Assembly (NCBI GenBank): GCA_951406725.2
Contig: OX597816.1
Coordinates: 30,752,001 to 30,816,000, forward strand
Direction: 5' to 3'
DNA from: Octopus vulgaris
Lineage: Eukaryota
Length of the DNA stretch: 64,000 nt
Below are positions 60,394 to 64,000 of the stretch, one piece after another. Both the position numbers and the translations under genes were made by a program. The notes under the pieces were generated by a model. It was not told the DNA's origin. It saw nothing but the letters and a program-made list of their open reading frames with translations, and did no database searches. Numbering within the stretch: position 1 is the first letter of the stretch; each line of letters begins with the position of its first letter.

Positions 60394-61438
60394 CGCCCCT
60401 CGTCTCCTCTGTTCACCTGACACTTCTTCTCTTGGCTCCTACTGATCTTCTTTCTTCATCGGTACCAACTCAACCCCACACAACTAACTCCCACATACCC
60501 CAACCCAACCCCGAGACTCCACTTGCTATGAAACATAAGTAGCCCGGATCATATCTACCCCATTCCTTAAGTCTTGTATCCTTATTCGCATAACTGGCGA
60601 CCCTGGTTGCCTATCGTAAAATACAGAAATAACTTTTTCAGCAAATCGTACATCGATACGAAAACACGCACAAGCTTCCGTCTCAATAAACCACTATTTT
60701 CCCAGAAAGTTGTTCTTTTCCTTTACTACGGATTGCTTGAACCTAGCTTCCTTCCTACATCTCGATCCTTGCGTCTGTTTCTCAAACACACACATATATA
60801 TAGGTGCTATTTTGGTATGCGATCTACTTATGCGATCTACATAGCCAACGTGATCTACAAGAGTGAAATTCTACTTTAGTATGCGAGCTACATGTTTCAT
60901 TTATTTAATATAGCTTTAATAAAATATTCTTGCATTTTTATGCAGTTATTTAAAAAATAAAAATGTAGCAGATTTCAAAGAAGTTTGCTAATTTTATGGG
61001 CGAATTGAACGAACATGAGCTACAAAAGTAAAAAAAAAATAGATAATTAATATTTTTTACATTTTATACATTTTTATTACAAATAAATTAGAATAAAGCA
61101 AGTTTGAAACAAGTTTACTTTTTAAATCGTCAGTATATTTATTATCAAAATGTCTTATTCAATACATTTATTATTAAAAAGAAATTAGAATAAAGTAAAT
61201 TTGAAAAAAAGTTTACTAAATTTACTGGTGAATCGAACGAGCTACAAAAGCAAGAAGTATATGATTAGAGTTTTTCTCATCATACACCAGCAGAAATTAT
61301 CAAGGTCCGATTGGAATTTTGTTCCTTTTACTCCTTGTTCTTGATAAGTATAAATTTTTTTGTGGATCACAATATAAAGAGCAAATCTCATACCAAAGCA
61401 GTTTCATGACACGTAGAACGCACACCAAAGTAGCACCC

Positions 61439-61498
<60 letters not shown>

Positions 61499-61569
61499 GG
61501 GCGCTACCTTGGTGTGTGTGTGTGTGTGTGTGTGTGTATGTATATATATATAGATGTATATATGCATGC

Positions 61570-61908
61570 ATATATGGGTACAGGACGTGACAAACTGTAA
61601 ACAACATGAAGTACGAAAAGAAACAAGTTAGATACGGAAACAACGAGAGAAAATAATGGGAAACAGGAGAAGTAAAAGAGAACCACCCTTCATCAGTTGT
61701 CGGCTGTCTATCTACTCCTCATTTCCAGCATTAAACGAAAATATGAGACTTTGAAGGCAGTTGTTCTATAAATTCCAAAATAAATTTTTGGATTTATGGA
61801 GGGTCAAAGTTGGGAACAAAAACAGAACAGTGGAGACATACAAGGAAACTGAACGAAAATAAACACGGTAGGTCGTTAGACCAGGATGAGGTGAAAATAG
61901 CGAGCGCT
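61570..61908 (-). mobile_element. Dispersed PLE-tail-like repeat flanked by (TA)n-rich sequence
   Basis: Minus strand GGAAATGAGGAG...ACAACTGATGAAGGG, then a pyrimidine-rich tail; no complete HHR visible. Confidence 0.4.
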
Positions 61909-62357
61909 ATATATATATATATATATGTATGTATACATGTGTGTGTATGTATGGCTGTGTATATATGTATGTATTTATGTATATCTATGTCTGTATGTGT
62001 TATTGACATCATGAGAAGTTTATAAACTTTTAAGACAAGTGAAATAATTCTCGAAGCTCTTATGCACAATCATAAATAATAGCATGTAAATAATTTATTC
62101 AACACTATATTTCCGTTCCATTACTTACACATTTTGTGAACTACGAGATCATTTTGTATCTATATTTATATGAATTCGCCTACCTATCCGCGTGCACGCA
62201 CACACACAGAGTCGCAACCATACATACAAACACAGACTCACAATTAGACACACACACGCATATATATATATGTGTGTGAGTGTGTATATATATGTATATA
62301 TATATATATATATACACATACACACACATATATATATATTTATATATATATATGCAT

Positions 62358-62482
<125 letters not shown>

Positions 62483-63005
62483 GTCGGCCAATTGTTATAA
62501 ACATGTAAAATACATTATACATTACTAGAAAATATTCGTAGTGCAAATGCTGTCAATCACTAAAGAAAAGTAGTTGGCACTCCCTCTCTCTTTTTTGTCT
62601 CTCTCTCTCTTTCTACTTTTCACTTTCTCTCTCTCTCTCTTTTCCTTAGTCTTTTAAAATTAGTTACTCAACCTGATTTCGATTCCCACTTCAGGAACGA
62701 CATTAACGGCAACTTTGGACTGCACATTGCAAAATGATTTCCCTTTAAAAGCTCAGTTGATAGATATGCAACTCATTGTCTTGGCATATGTATAATTTTT
62801 AATGATGTCTACTAAAGCAAATGTTCCATCAAGAAACTAAGGATTCCAAACAGAAAAAATAATTGAATATCCAGGGCATATTGGTAGATACACACACTGA
62901 AAGCTCATACATACTTTACATAAACACGTGTATAAAACTAATAATCAGTGCGTTTGCTTCATTGACACGCAGAAAGGTGCATTTAAGCAGAAAGGTATAT
63001 ATATG

Positions 63006-63124
<119 letters not shown>

Positions 63125-63392
63125 TCACACACAGAAGCTTATTCCCACGCACACATACATACCCGTAAACGCACTCACACCTACACACACGCGCGCGGGT
63201 GCAGAAATAATATATATATGGGGTGTGTGTATTTATATGTATATTTGTATAGGTATATGCACACACACACACGCACACACAGACACACACATATATATAT
63301 ACATATATATAAATATACTAACGTATTTATATATAGTCACACTAATATTCACAGAAATTGTTCTATCACTCTCAATGTTGTATATATTCAAA

Positions 63393-63465
<73 letters not shown>

Positions 63466-63506
63466 GTATGCATATGTATATATATATATGTGTGTATGCA
63501 TATTTG

Positions 63507-63548
<42 letters not shown>

Positions 63549-64000
63549 GATAGATAGATAGATAGCTATAAATACTTACACACACGCATACGAACGTATT
63601 TATATATTGGTGCTTGTATACACAGGCTCACATGTATGTAATGTCAAAAGTTTCAAAATATATTCCCAGAATGAGGTGAGGACATATATATCAAATTCTT
63701 CATATACATATGAGTAAACGCATTATTTGATATGCATGGTTACAAAATACCGTGTATTGTAACGATATATATGAGTGCGTACTGGCACGCTTGTTCTCGC
63801 GTGCTTAGATCTCGGACTATGTGCTAAAGATCGATTTTAATATCTGCGTGCAAAGCGAAGGTATCAAAGAAATTTGAAGTCTTGGGAAAAATTCTTGCGT
63901 GATTTACAATTCGGCATTACACCAAGCTTTAAGTTATGATTGAATTCGTGTAATATTCCTTGTGTGAAAGCATTCTTGTGGAATGGTAACTTTCTCGCTG

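Overview
AT-rich, microsatellite-dense eukaryotic non-coding DNA. The SINE repertoire and repeat landscape point to an octopod/cephalopod genome (inference). I cannot support any intact host protein-coding gene; nearly all listed ORFs are microsatellite translations. The window is a mosaic of retroelements: tRNA-derived SINEs of at least three families (several with TSDs), decayed R4/Dong-like and RTE LINE pieces, a Tc1/mariner-type deletion derivative, and many Penelope-like element (PLE) remnants. The main signal is about a dozen minimal type I hammerhead-ribozyme (HHR) motifs in short PLE-type tails next to (TA)n tracts. They have palindromic helix III, and their cores include C3-G8, U3-A8 and G3-C8 versions of the tertiary 3-8 pair, with covariation between copies. 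Several sit in fold-back insertions. One HHR tail is joined to a tRNA-like Pol III head (candidate PLE-mobilised ribozyme SINE). There is also a U6 snRNA/retroelement-tail chimera. PLE-associated HHRs are known; novelty of these particular variants cannot be established without database searches. All folds were read by eye and many repeat boundaries are approximate.
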